A stretch of 64,000 nt of DNA, taken from Octopus vulgaris. Its lineage: Eukaryota. A program made the position numbers and the translations under genes. The stretch is from assembly GCA_951406725.2 (NCBI GenBank), contig OX597816.1:165664001-165728000 (forward strand). The letters are read 5' to 3'. Under the pieces are notes generated by a model. That model made no database searches, was not told where the DNA came from, and was given only the letters and a program-made list of their open reading frames with translations. Shown in pieces: positions 1 through 13,800 of this stretch (the stretch's first letter is position 1; each line of letters opens with the position of its first letter).

Positions 1-446
1 GAAGTCTGAATAGTGTGTGTATAACAGTTGTGGTAGCAATGGTGATGGTTGAAAACAATAAACAGAAAGAAAGAGAGAAAGAACGAGGTTAGACAGAAAA
101 AAAAATTGTACTGACCCCTAAATGGGAAGACAAAAAATAAGTTCCAAGTCGACAAACTATATCATTGGTCTGATGAAAGTTGTTCCTTGCTTGAAAAATA
201 TTGGTCAAGTTTAATAAAATTTAATATGTACTCAATACATGAAGTGTTATTGTTGGGTCCAAGGCCCAATGAAAAGCCCTCCACAGGAGCTACCTTAAAA
301 GCAGCTCAACAGGGGCAGCAAAAGAGACCAATAGAATAATTACAAGCCTTACAAAAAATAGGTCCTGGGGTCGATTTGTTTGACTAAAAAGGCAGTGCCC
401 CAGCATGGCCACAGCCAAATGACAAACAAGTAAAATACCAATATCG

Positions 447-737
447 GTGTATTTTGCCAAACAGCTGAGTTACGGGGACGTAAACACACCATCATCAGTT
501 GTCAAGCAATGTTGGGGGGTACAAACAGACACACAAACATATAGACACACATGCACATATATATACATATATATGGGCTTCTTTCAGTTTCCGTTTACCA
601 AATCCACTCACAAGGCTTTGGTCAGCCAGAGGCTATTAGTAGAAGACACTTGCCCAAGGTGCCACGCAGTGGGACTGAACCTGGAACCATGTGGTTGGTA
701 AGCAAGCTACTTACCACACAGCCACTCTTGTGCCTAT
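447..737 (-). mobile_element. tRNA-derived SINE family A (head GGAGTGGCTGTGTGGTAAG...), partial
   Basis: Reverse complement of the tRNA-like head (B-box-like GGTTCAGTCCC) and body that recurs more than 20 times in the window. Confidence 0.85.
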
Positions 738-1680
738 AGAAAAACACAGGGAGGGTGAGAGAGAGATTAGGATTTCTTCTTTCTATAACTGACATTTGGT
801 TGGTCCTTCCATTTTAATAATGAGCAAGGCAGAGACAAACTGTTTCATAATTAGCTACTTCGTTGCAATAATAATGACACTTGTAAACAGAAACATTCCC
901 AGTGTTTGTTCAACATCATTAGTTGCAAGATGACAGAATTGTGTGACACTGGTTGTCACATGTTCTGTTTTGAAAACGGTGAACCAGAAGAATACAATAA
1001 ACTAAGCATACATTTCTTTTTGCTTTAGTAAATAAACATGCATGCCGCTGGATAACAGATGTAACGAGCAACCAAGAGAAAAGAGATAGAATGGAGAAAA
1101 AAAAAACAAAATTTCCATAAAGATGTCAATTTGGAAAGGAACTGACATCAAAACCTACAGTGTGGAAAACAAACAAATTGATTCAACATTCTCGCTCTCT
1201 CTCATTATATTTCTATGTGAGGGGAAAAATTCTGAGGAGATTCTTTGTTGCTTCAAAAGAAAAATTATGTCTTAACTAGCAGGACTTGTGAATATTTCAC
1301 AGAATTAATGGTAAACCTATTGAGTTATTTCAGAATACTATCCAAAAAAACCTGAAAGCAGAACTTGTGTTCTGTCTATGGAAAGACAGTCGCTCATCTG
1401 CTATTCATTGAAAAGTGAAAGAAATTGGAATATGATACTTACTAAATGCACTTTATATATACACTTTATATACTTTACGCACAATTTCATAGACTTAATA
1501 CACAGCTTTCATAATTATTAACTCTTATTTTCCCATAAACAAAAAACTCATACATGATACAACCTTCAGTTAAATTGTATATATCTGCCTTGTAAATAAG
1601 CATGAATATTTCACAGAATTGCACTTATGCACAAGTGTTAAGTGATAGGTGATATGAAAAACTTAGAATAAAAAATAAAT

Positions 1681-1920
1681 ACGCCCTTTTAAAGCCTAGC
1701 CAGGCTCATGGGCCCAGTTTCCCGGTTTCTATGGCGTATGTGTTCCCCAGCTAGACAGGATGCCAGTCCATCGCTGCATTACTCATTTTTGTTAGCCGAG
1801 TGGACTGGAGCAACGTGAAATGAAGTGTTTTGCTCAAGAACACAATGCATCACCCGGTCCAGGAAGTGAAACCACAATCTTATGATCATGATGCTGACAC
1901 CCTAACCAACGCACCTCCAC
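1681..1920 (-). mobile_element. tRNA-derived SINE with V-domain-like core
   Basis: Near-identical to 63497-63745; minus strand carries GCGATGGACTGGCATCC, resembling the V-SINE central domain, plus a tRNA-like head. Confidence 0.75.
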
Positions 1921-3079
1921 ATATGAAAAACTTAGTTCAATTAAAAAAACATATACACTCTTCACTATCCAGTCACCACCACTATCATTATCATCTTTCC
2001 CCTTCCCCCCTCTCTCTGTGCCTTTCTTTAACCTCACCCTCAGGACATTACCCCCTCTGCTAAAAGTATTACGTTCTCCCTATCACACATCATGGATGCT
2101 TCTCTCTTCCTCTTTTTCTTTCTCGTGCTATCTCTCACTATTTTTTTCTCCTTTTTTCTGTCTCACTCTTAGCTTTATCTTTTTTCTCCTCTTTTTCCCA
2201 TTCAACTAATCACGTGAAAGCATTACAATTACATTCCCTCTACCTCATGTCATGGACGCTTCTCTCTCCCCCTTTTCCACTCTCCCTCTGTTTCTCTAAT
2301 CACATGAAAGCGTTACCGACAGGCTAAGTAATGCAATGACAAACAGAATTATTATAAGATTCTCGTAATCAATATCTTTCTACCACCATTAGATGGTGAG
2401 CAGGCAAGAATTGTTGCCACAGCAGGAAAAATGCCAAGTAGCATTTCTTTCAACTTTATGTTTTGTATTCAAATCCCACTGGGGTCAACCTGCCTTTCAT
2501 CCCTTTCAGGGTCAATGAAATAAGTACCAGTTGAACACTATGGGTCAATATACTTAATTTATCCTCTCCCTCGAAAATGCTGACCTTGTGCCAAAATTTG
2601 AAACCACTATCTCTCTCCCACCTGTGTTTTCTGATTTGAAATCTGATGTTTCTTGTAAATCATCTTAAATCCAGGCTTACAGTGAAGAAATCCAGATACG
2701 ATTGAAATACATACATTATTGGAATTATATTGTTCTATCTTCGTTATTATGAGATAATTAGATTAAGTGCAATTCAACAGCTGAATATCAATTACTACTC
2801 AGGTGTTGCTGTGCGGTAAGCAATTAGCTTCCCAACCACATGGTTCTCGGTTCAGCCCCACTGCTTGGCACCTCAGGCAAATGTCCCTAGGCCAACCAAA
2901 GCCTTCCGAGTGGATTTAGTAGATGGAAACTGAAAGACACTCTTTGTGTGGGGCGTGTTTCCTTGGCTTATCATTGCATAAGTCTTAAATCAGTAGTTCC
3001 CAAACTTTTCCGACAAACGGGAACAAGAAACTGAGAAACAGTTTTTTTTTTTTCTCGTGATGTTTTTGCAGTAGAGTAA

Positions 3080-3451
3080 TCTTTATATATAAAGGAGAAG
3101 TTGTGTGTCTGTCTCCTACGATTTAGATTCCTAACTACTCCCACATTTTGCGGTGCAGTTTAACCAAAACCGGGTATCTTATAGTCGTGATTCATATCGA
3201 GCCCTTCTGGGTCTACGATGAGTCTACGATTTAAAAAAAAGTTTACCATCATTTTTCCATTTTAATGCATTTTTTCGCTATTATATAAGGGAAGTAACTC
3301 TCTAAAAATGTCTACAATGAGTCAACGATTTAAAAAAAATTAACCATCATTTTTTTCCCATTTTTAATGCATTTTTTTGCTATTTTTCTCTAAAAATGCT
3401 TATATAGTTATTTCCGTTACAAACCCAAGCAACTCCGGGCGATACTGCAAG
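3080..3451 (+). mobile_element. Non-autonomous Helitron
   Basis: Starts TCTTTATATATAAA after an A; ends in a subterminal GC hairpin (CCCAAGCAACTCCGGG) and ACTGCAAG (decayed CTAG) before a T; no TSD; internal ~100-bp tandem duplication. Confidence 0.7.
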
Positions 3452-4074
3452 TAAAACATATTACTCTACCTCTGGTATTCGAGTACTATTTTGTTTCCAC
3501 CTTGTTTCACATTTATGTGCTTACTCTGGTGCGTGCATATATGACGCAGACAGGTGTAGGAACAACAAGCAGGTGTATTAGTTTAATACTTGTGAACAAA
3601 TACACAACAAACTTATAACAATATTGGTCAAATTAGACAGAGACAGTCGCAATTTATTGTGACTAAAATTGTGACTGTCACAAATAGCAGAGATAAATCA
3701 CAGTAAACAGGAATTTACAACAGATAATGGTTTAGTCACAATACATACAAGATTAACAATCTATTGTTTTTTCACACTCACGCACTCTTTCTCTCCATGC
3801 TTTGATATAAATAAATACAAAAGCCTATTTTTCTTTAGCTATCTAATTAAACCATAGCAAGGATTTTATTTCTGAAAGTTTAAAGGTATTACACGTTTAT
3901 GTGAAACTGCACACCTGAGTATAATAAAATTGCAATTAATGACGTATTATTTTCAACATTTAAACAACCATTATTTCATCTAGATTTTCCTCGAATTGTT
4001 CTGTAGGCCTGTGGGTGGAATACATTCATAAATTTATACCTTTTTATTGGAACAGCTTTTCACAGCTATTCATG

Positions 4075-4123
<49 letters not shown>

Positions 4124-4129
<6 letters not shown>

Positions 4130-4332
4130 ATCCAGACATGAAAACACAAAGAGAAAACACAACGCGAGGACATGGAACAAGTATAGTGTTATTGGATGCT
4201 CAGGTAGGAAGGAAAGAAGCAGAGTTTAACGTTTCGAGCGGAGCTCTTCGTCAGAAACACAGGAAAAGGAAAGATCCAAAGAAGGGAAGACGGAGGGAAA
4301 AAAATTGCCAACGGTACACACACTGTCACATT
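4124..4332 (-). mobile_element. Penelope-like pseudo-LTR (pLTR) fragment inserted in (TA)n
   Basis: Flanked by TA microsatellite, contains a minimal hammerhead, and has a homologue in opposite orientation at ~62870-63085. Confidence 0.7.
4224..4258 (-). ncRNA. Minimal type I hammerhead ribozyme
   Basis: Minus strand reads GTTT-CTGACGA-a-GAGC(tcc)GCTC-GAAA-CG-TT-AAAC: stem I, canonical core, stem II and palindromic mini stem III. Confidence 0.75.
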
Positions 4333-4343
4333 TTGAATGTATG

Positions 4344-4374
<31 letters not shown>

Positions 4375-4986
4375 CTTCTTCACCCTCTTAATCACTCAGC
4401 AGACAAAGCAGAAGAGCAAGATTTCTCTCGATTTATTAGATTCGGGTGGCACATCCAGCCCATGCTAGCATGGAGAGAATAAGTACCTTGGGTCTGGCGC
4501 TTTACTATAGAACTGGAGCTACCAATTCCTTGCAAGTGAATTTGGTAGATAGAGGAAGAAAAAGAAAAGGAAGAAAGAATCATAATTTGAACAACCATCT
4601 TTTTAAGTTTGCATGAATCAGATGGAATTCATTGAGAGACGGTGGGGTTTTCTGCAGCCAGACACTGTTTCCTGTCATCTTCCCTCACCTGTTTCCAAGT
4701 AACAATTCCCATGGCAAGCTAGGTTTCCACTGAAGAATGGAAATGAATGCCAGTCATACTCACAACTCTCACATGGTGTCAAGACAAGCACACACACACA
4801 CCATATGTCATCATCATCATCATCGTTTAACATCCGCTTTCCATGCTAGGATGGGTTGGACGATTTGACTGACGACTGGCAAGCCAAATGGCTGCACCAG
4901 GCTCCAATCTTGATCTGGCTTCACCACTTCATCCCAGGTCTTCCTGGGTCTACCTCTTCCAAGGAGAAATTATGACAAACTTTATT

Positions 4987-5067
4987 AGCTTACAGCTGTT
5001 TCTGCTACAAAATGCAATGCACTCAAAGCTAAATGCTTGTATATCAACCTATAGCTTCATCAGAGCT
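4987..5067 (-). ncRNA. Type I hammerhead ribozyme with long stem II
   Basis: Minus strand reads AGCT-CTGATGA-a-GCTATA...TGTAGC-a-GAAA-CAGCTG-TA-AGCT, followed immediately by AATAAA. Confidence 0.75.
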
Positions 5068-5899
5068 TCAGAAATATATATAGCTTTATGAGCTTCTTGC
5101 AGTTTCTATCAATAAAATCTATTCACAAGGCTGTTTAGCACTATTCACAAGACTGTTTAGCCTAGGGCTATAGTAGAGAACATTTGCTCAGGGCTCCATG
5201 TGGTGAAACTAAAGCCAAACTTATGTAATTGGGAAGCAAACTTTTAACTATACAACTAGACCTATAAATTTTTATTACCACTAATTATACTCTGCAGTTG
5301 TAGGTTTACTTCTGTTAATTCTTGGAGCAAAGGTCATATGTATCATGTTGCATCCACCTTCATGAAGTAGAATATAGATTTAGTAAAACATATCAGCATT
5401 TCCTTAACTGATTTATAAGCTGTTGTGATAAATAAGGTTAATTACTTCAATAAAATATAGTTTATGACATGTAACTTCTCCCATACTGTCTTGTACTCTT
5501 TCCATCTGCATTCATTTTTTTATCTTTTAGTCCAGAGAGAAGATTGTACCTATAGAGTGTTCAGGCTAAATTTGATTTCAGCATGGTCCTAGTCAAATGA
5601 CTGAAACAAGTAAAAGAAAAGAATATATCGAAAAATAAAAGTATTAAAAAAAAACAAAAAAAAACTATAGGTACAGGCATGGTTGTGCAATAAGAAAGCT
5701 TGCTTCCCAACCACATAGTTCCGGGTTCAGTCCCATCCGGGTTCAGTAGCATCTTGGGCAGGTGTTTTTACTATAGCCTCGGGCCAACCAAAGTCTTGTA
5801 AGAGGATTTAGCAGACAGAAACTGAAAAAAGCTTGTCATATATATATGTGTGTGTGTCTGTATGTCCCCCACCATTGCTTGACAACCAATGTTGGTGTG

Positions 5900-6120
5900 T
5901 TTCGTTACCAACCCGAACCCGACTGAAACCAGCTCTGGCTCTGAGTACAAAAGTCTTGTCTTCATAAGTTTTGAAATAAAATCTTCCACCAAACTTTAGT
6001 CATAATTTATGCTCCTAACACTAGCTGAATGATTAAGTTATTTTACTAAATTCTTTGTTATATTAAAAATAATTGAAAGAAACACACAGCATCTCAAAAA
6101 AAAATACAGTAATAAAAGGG
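5900..6120. mobile_element. piggyBac-type (TTAA) MITE, family 1
   Basis: Same ~220-bp body as 10600-10821 and 38384-38606; right end AAAGGG|TTAA. Confidence 0.7.
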
Positions 6121-7184
6121 TTAACCTATTCTAAATGCTCAGTAAATTACTCCACAAAACAGCAGTGGTTTATTATAGAGGGAATACTTTGTGCAAAGCC
6201 AGTTCCACTTTTTTGGTCCTTCGAACTCATATTGGTCTGGTGCAACAAGTGCAACGAACCCAATGGTTATGAAGTTATAGGATTTGTATGGAGTTAGCTT
6301 GTCTTAGATGAGGGGCTAAAAAGCTGCAGGACTTCATGGGACCTGGATCAGTTGGAGTGTCTGTGAGCAACTTTCTTCGATAACAGGCAAACTAACTCAT
6401 TGTTGAGACTCTAACCAGTACAATTACTGAGTTAGGTTAGATTTAGGAACAATAGCGAGTAAGAAGTGGTTCTACATTCCTCAAAACCCTGAAACTTCTT
6501 AAACAGGTCCCCCACCCACCCACTACCAGATGCAGTTTAAAATCAAACCCAGGACAAATTGATACTGAATCATCAATGCTAAATTTTTGGGGGGCTAATA
6601 ATCCTGAAAGGATGAAATGCAACATTGACCTTTGACCTCAAACATATTTACATGGCAGACAGCTGCCCATTCTCATTTACCTTGAGATGTGATACTAAGC
6701 ACACCTGCAGTTTTCTTTAATAGCTTACACTAATAATCAATTCCATGAATCTGAACACCATTTAACGGAGATAATAAAGAGATGAAAAGCTTGTTAGATT
6801 TTCTAAACGTATTTAAAGTTTCTATTTAACAATTAATGAAACAGTAATAAAAGATAAATTGGTAGACTTCAATGAAGTAATTAATATTGTACGTACTTTT
6901 TATCTTATTTTCCACATGGCATTTTCATCCATTATTCATTAAGTATCCCAAAATATGCTTACAAATTTCTCATTAGTCGAACAGACAGTCTTGAGCAATC
7001 TCTCTTTCTTGCAGGAAAAATTTGAAGTTGGCTAATTTCTTCCTGCATTATTTATAGGTTTTAGGATAGTGACCTCGCAGAATTGCTAATGTGCTAGACA
7101 AAATACTGAGTGGCATATTTTCTGGCTCTTTACATTCCGAGTTCAAATCTCACCATGGATAACTTTGTCTTTCCTGCTTTTGGA

Positions 7185-7505
7185 TCATCATCATCATCAT
7201 CATCGTTTAACGTCTGTTTTCCATGCTAGCATGGGTTGGCCGGTTTTACCGGGGTCTGAGAAGCCAGGAGGCTGCACCAGGCTCCAGTCTGATCTGGCAG
7301 TGTTTCTACAGCTTGATGCCCTTCCTAACACCAACCACTCCATGAGTGTAGTGGGCACTTTTTACGTGCCACTGGCACAGGAGCCAGAGGAGGCTGGCAA
7401 ACGGCCACGACCGGTTGGTGCTTTTACATATCACCGACACAGACGCCAGTCAGGCGATGCTGGCATCTGCCACATTCGGACGGTGCTTTTTACGTGTCAC
7501 CAGCA
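7185..7505 (-). mobile_element. Short retroelement family C (LINE-3'-tail-like, (GAT)n tail)
   Basis: (CAT)n tail followed by GTTTAACGTC...GATGCCCTTCCTAAC...; more than 15 copies in the window. Confidence 0.75.
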
Positions 7506-8019
7506 CATAAAATAAAGTACTGACATACTCTTCTCTGAAAATTTCAGACCTTAGAAGCTTGCTTCCCAACCACACGATTCCAGGTTCAATCTCACTGTAA
7601 GGCATCTTGAGCAATTGCCTTCTACTATAGTGCTGGACCAACTAAAACCTTTTGAGTAAATGTGGTCAACAAAAACAAAGTGTGTGTGTGTGTGTTATGT
7701 TTGTCCTTGCCACTGCTTGACAACCAGTGTTGGTGTGTTTTTGTCCCAGTTATTTAGTGGTTCAGTAAAAGAGACCTGTGGAATAAGTACCGGGCTTTAA
7801 AAAACAAAAAAGTACTGAAGTCAATTTGTTTGACTATACCCCTCAAGGTGGTGCCCCACCATGGCCGCAGTCCAATGAGTAAAACAGGTAAAAAAAAAAA
7901 AAAGAAAATCCACCACACACTATCTCTAGTGTCTGCACTACATCACTCTACTAATCTTAACATTTATCTTTCACTAACACCCACAAATAAGCCATTCACT
8001 TATTTGGTATTAAACTAAT

Positions 8020-8362
8020 GTGGATGCACAATGGCCCAGTGGTTAAGGCAGCAGACTTGCGGTTATAGGATCATGGTTTCAATTCCCAGACTGGGCGTTG
8101 TTTATTGAGCAAAAACACCAGGGATGGTGGCAAACCCTGCTGTATTATTTCCCCACAAAATTTCTCTCACTCTTTCTTCCTGTTTCTATTGTACCTGTAT
8201 TTCAAAGAGCCGGCCTTGTCACACTGAATCTCCCTGAGTACTACGTTAAGGGTACACGTATCTGTGGAGTGCTCATCCACTTGCATGTAAATTTGCACAA
8301 GCAGACTGTTCCGTTGATTGGATCAACTGGAACCCTCGTCGTTGCAACCGACGAAGTGCCTT
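8020..8362 (+). mobile_element. tRNA-derived SINE family D
   Basis: TGGCCCAGTGGTTAAGG head; 3' half shared with 34183-34500, 40005-40330 and 57708-58025. Confidence 0.7.
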
Positions 8363-8492
8363 GATTAAACTAATGAGAGAGCCTTCTATGCTCTGCTAGA
8401 AATAACCACACTATTGTTTTAAATGAGGAAAAAAATACACAAGATAATATAATCCTCCATACCTTTAAAAAATGTAACATGGTCACAGCTGT

Positions 8493-8559
<67 letters not shown>

Positions 8560-8721
8560 AATTAGAAAAAAAAACACCTTTTATCAATTCAATTATGAAA
8601 AATTAAATTATACCATTTAGAAAAATTACATATTATATAGAAAGATCAAATATAAGATAAAGCATATAATGATGATTAAGTAATGTGCAAAATAATAATT
8701 AAAACGTAATTTATATTTTCT

Positions 8722-9122
8722 CTTTTTTTTTCTCTTTTACTTGTTTCAGTCATTTGACTGCGGCCATGCTGGAGCACCGCCTTTAATCGAGCAACTCGAC
8801 CCCGGGACTTATTCTTTTTGTAAGCCCAGTACTTATTCTATCGGTCTCTTTTGCCGAACCACTAAGTAACGGGGACATAAACACACCAGCATCGGTTGTC
8901 AAGCAATGCTAGGGGGACAAACACAGACACACAAACAAACACATATATATATATATACGACAGGCTTCTTTCAGTTTCTGTCTACCAAATCCACTCACAA
9001 GGCATTGGTCGGCCCGAGGCTATAGCAGAAGACACTTGCCCAAGATGCCACGCAGTGGGACTGAACCCGGAACCATGTGGTTGGTTAGCAAGCTACCTAC
9101 CACACAGCCACTCCTGCGCCTA
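8722..9122 (-). mobile_element. SINE family A, full-length young copy
   Basis: Complete head, body and tail with CpGs retained; near-identical to 35960-36357 and 54790-55217. Confidence 0.9.
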
Positions 9123-9222
9123 TATATATTATATTTTGTGAAATTTGATTTAATGTTTCTAAATTGAATTTTTCCCTTTAAGTTTGGAATAATATTCCCT
9201 CATATTATATATATATATATCT

Positions 9223-9266
<44 letters not shown>

Positions 9267-9939
9267 GTATACATACAATGGGTTTCCTTCAGTTTCTCTT
9301 TACCAAATCCACTCAGGAGGCTTTGATCGACTTGGCTATTGTAGATGTGCCCAAGGTGCCATGCAATGGGACTGAACCCAAGACCACATGACAAGGAAGT
9401 AAACTTCTAATCACACAGCTATGCCTATGTTGGTAGATTAAGTACTATCATTATTGCCTGGTCCCAGGTCAGCCCTAATGAAGCAGATCTGTGACCAGTC
9501 ATTTCAGCCATGACCACTCTGTCTTTTTTCCCTACATGCTGTACATTGAGGACCACATTATCCGATGCCTTTTACTAAGTTGGTAGCATGTAATTTGAGC
9601 AAGATTTAGCTGTTATTTTTAACAGGCCCAGCAGCTTGTTAGCTCAGTCAGCACAACTGTTTGTAGTCAGTGTCATTAGAACATTTGTGAGATGTCTGGT
9701 TTTAATAAAAAAGTTAAAATACCAAAAATATATCTTTCCTTTCCTTTGGGATGGGGGGGAGGGCACTTAATCTGAAAACAATATTGATCTTTCCTAATCT
9801 TCTTAATGTCATTATTTTATTAAGCAATTAATTAGTCATTAGTAGTTGAAACTGTGTTGTAATCTACTTAGAATCCAAAATGTTTAATTACTTATACACA
9901 ATCAGAATCTCAATCAAATCAAAATCAAAAATGGAAATT

Positions 9940-10300
9940 GAAGTTGTGGCCGATGCCAGTGCTGCCTGACTGGCTCCCGTGCTGGTGGCACATAACAAGC
10001 ACCATTCATGCGTGGGTCATTGTCAGTGCGGCCTGACTGGCTCCCCATGCTGATAGCACGTAAAATGCACCATCCAAATATAGCCAATGCCAGCGCCGCC
10101 TGACTGGCTCTTGCACCAGTGGCACATAAAAAGCAACCACTACACTCTCGGAGTGGTTGGCATTAGGAAGGGCATCCAGCTGTAGAAACATTGCCAGATC
10201 AGACTGGAGCCTGATGCAGCCTCCTGGCTTGCCAGTCTTCAGTCAAATTGTCCAACCCATGCTGACATGGAAAGCGGACGTTAAGCAATGATGATGATGA
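9940..10300 (+). mobile_element. Retroelement family C
   Basis: Internal GCCAGT...AAAGCACC subrepeats, GGTTGGCATTAGGAAGGGCATCCAGCTGTAG core and (GAT)n tail. Confidence 0.75.
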
Positions 10301-10599
10301 GTAAAATTTATAAAAGAAACGTTGTAGAAAGCAAAACAACTGAGTAAGTAATTGGCAGGGATTTTTTTTGTTCATTTTCTTCCTGGAAAGGGTGTTAATT
10401 TTTAAATATTTTAAAGTCTGTTTTACGCCATTTCATCTCTCATTAATCTCATGCTATTTTTGGCTGGTGTTTCACAAACTTAACTTGCATTCCATCAATT
10501 GTAACAAAGAGGGTTCCAGTTGATACAATCAACAGAATAGCCTGCTCTTGAAATTAACGTGCAAGTGGCTGAGCACTCCACTGACACACATACCCTTAA

Positions 10600-10821
10600 C
10601 TCTTTTGATACCAACCCATCTGAAATCGCCTCTGGCTTTGTAGTACAAACGGCTTGTTTTCAGAAGTTCTGAATTAAAATCTTCCACCAAACCTTAGTCA
10701 CAATTTATGTTCCTAAAATTAGCTGAATGATAATTAAGTTATTTTACTAAATTCTTTGCTATATTTAAAATTAATTGAAAGAAACACAGAGCATCTCAAC
10801 AGAAATATGGTAACAAAAGGG
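10600..10821. mobile_element. TTAA MITE family 1 inserted in a family D SINE
   Basis: TTAA|CTCTTTTGATACC...GGTAACAAAAGGG|TTGA; the host SINE (about 10500-11005, minus strand) continues on both sides. Confidence 0.8.
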
Positions 10822-13800
10822 TTGAAGTAGTTCTCGGGGAGATTCAACAAGATATTGAATGTGACAAGGTTGACTCTTTAAAATACAGCTACAACTCATT
10901 TTTGCTGAGTAGACTGCAGCAATGTGAAATGAAGTGTCTTGCTGAAGGACACAATACGCTTCCATGAATTGGACTCACAACTTTACAATCATGACCCAGA
11001 CACCTTATTGTTTGATTGGTATTCTATGGTGTCCTTTTTACAGCTCCAAGATAGAATTGTTTAAAACAGCCCCACTTGCACAAATTGGAAGACAGAGATA
11101 TTCCTGGTAGTTGGAACAATAAAGGATATTAGCAGCAGTACAAGGTCTCTGGCCATAGCTTTTGTCACACTGGTCCTTTTACAATTGCTGTATGGAGTTG
11201 AAAGTGGGGCAGTTGGTAAACAAGTGTGGTTGATAGACAGACAAGGAAGCACATCATCATTTAACGACTGTTTTCCAAGCTAGCATGGGTTGGACAGTTT
11301 GACATGAGCTGGCAAGGCCAGGATCCACATCAGGTTCTATTGTCTGTTTTGCATTGGTTTCCACAGCTAGATACCCCTCCAAATGCCAACCACTTAAGAG
11401 AGTGTAATTAATGCTTATTACATGACACCATCACCAGTGATTTTTAATTAGCACCAGAGAGAGAGAAAATCATTAGAAAGTTAGACAAAAAAACTTAGTA
11501 GTATTTCTATTGGCTCTTTATGTTCTGAGTTCAAATCTGGCCAATGATAGCTTTGCCTTTCATCTCTTCAAAATTGATAAAATAAAATACCAGTCATGTA
11601 CTGGGAGCATGTGTGGATATGTATGCATGTGAAAGTGTTTATGTATTCACGTGTGTCAGTGTGTGTATATGTTTGTTCATGTATGTGTATATGCATTGAT
11701 ACATACACACAAATGTATGGTGGTTCATCAGTTACAATGTTACACTATTTCTTCCGGCTCTTTATGTTTTGGGTTCAAGTCCAGCCAAGGCCAATTTTCT
11801 CTTTCATTTTTTTCAAAGTCAACCAAATGCAGTCAGTTGTTTACTGGGAGTATGTAATTGTATGCGTATGAATGTGCTTACGACTTCATATTTGTGTGTA
11901 TTTATGGTCCTGTATTTATGTGTGTGTGTGTGCTCATGCAGACAGACAAAAGTATGGTCATATAACAGTTGGAATAATATTTTCTTTGCATTGAAATCTT
12001 TCAAAAATCACTTTTTACTCACAAGCATTTTGCTTTGGCATCATAACAGAGAAAATATTTCAATTTCCCACTGGTTCCGAAAACCAGTGACCATGTTCAT
12101 TAACCATTCCAAGACATTATGCGGTTCATGTGGAATTTAGATTACTAAAACTAATTTAATACCTTCAGACTGATTTCCATGTATCCCATGTATTGTTCAG
12201 ATAAACTTGCTCCATAGTCATTAAGTCAGTTTGAATCTCATTACACTTTGTAACCGAGGTTAATTACATCTTGCTGTCAGTGCCTACAGACCAAAGTAGA
12301 TATCTACTTCAACCTCCACCACCACCACCATGACCACCACCATTCTTTAACTTGCTTTGTTTCTCTTCTGCATTTTTCAGTTCATTTAACATTGGTAATG
12401 TCTGAGAAATTCATGAGTATTTATTCAACCTTAGTTTGCTGTCCTTTGGTTAGAAACATGGTATTTTCCAGCATACGAGTTGAATTCTTCAAAATTTGCT
12501 CAAAATTTGCAGTCAAAAAACAAAAAATGAAATTGTATTAAAGGGGGCAACCAGCTGTAAACCCTGCTTTAATATTCCTCTAACCCATTCTAGCAGAGAA
12601 AAACAGGCATAAAACAAACAAATGAACTCCTTACATGTATATCATACTAGTATATGACCTACATGTTTACATGTATAAAAATAGACTGGCACTCACTTGG
12701 TCACAGCAAGGAGTGTTTCCAGTTGGCCTGGTCAATGGAACAGCCTGCATGTGAAATTATCATGTAAGTGGTTTGAGCACTCCACAGACATGTATGCCCT
12801 TAATTAGTTCTCAAGGAGAGCCAGTGTGACACAGAATGTAATGAGGCTGAGTTGGCCCTTTGAAAAACTAGTAAACTAAGTAAAATCACTGTCATCCATA
12901 CATATAGGCTTGTCCTTTACAGGTGCCGGTGTCACATAAAATGCACTTGTGCCAGTGCTGCAGAAACGCACTTGTGCCGTTGGCATGTAAAAAGTGCCCA
13001 GCACACTCTGTAAAGTGGTTAGGATCAAGAAGGGCATTCAGCCAGACAACTGAGTCTGGACAGCTTCCCAGCTCCTGTCAGACTGTCCAACCCATGTCAG
13101 CACGGAAAATGGACATTAAACACACAAACACACACACACAAGCGTCTCTCTCTCTCATATATAAATATATCATCTAACATCCGTGTTCCATGTTAGCAGG
13201 AGTTGGACAGCTTGACAGCAGCTGGCAAGCCAGAGAGCTGCATCAGGCTCCAATTGTTTCTTTTTGCATGGTTTCTATAGCTGGATGCCCTTCCTAATGT
13301 CAGCCACTTTACGGAGTGTACCAGATGCTCTTTACATGCCACTAGCAGGGGTGCTCTTTGCATGCTTCTAGCACAGGTGCCCTTTGCATACCTCTAGCAC
13401 AGATGCTTTTTTTTATGTAGTGCTGGTACAGGTACTTTTGATGTGGTGCCAGCACAGACAGTGCCAGCATGGACACAGTGCCAAAAACATAAAATCAATT
13501 TCAGTAATTGATTGGCGGCCTTTTAGTTTAATGATCTTAGAAGTATGAATAGTATAAGCTGACCTCAGAAGGAATTGAATTGAGAATATAAAGTGGTGCA
13601 AGTAAACACTACAGACATTTTGTCCAATGTGTTTGCCATATGTAGCAATTTACCATTGTTGCGATGGTGATGGAGTCAGCACCAAATCTGATTAAGTTTA
13701 GGTCATTGTGTGTTGGAAAAACAAAGGAGTCAGTCCAAATGCATTATGTCCAGTTTCCATCCCTTCTGTCTATTGTGACTATTATTTCATATATATATAT

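Noticed and set aside
163-212. CTGATGA...GAAA hammerhead-like motif
   Set aside because: Stems I and III pair poorly and there is no clear NUH site; at most a relic
11080-11250. Hydrophobic open frame ending LLYGVES
   Set aside because: More likely a highly decayed RTE fragment (LLYGxE motif) than an exon; too weak to annotate
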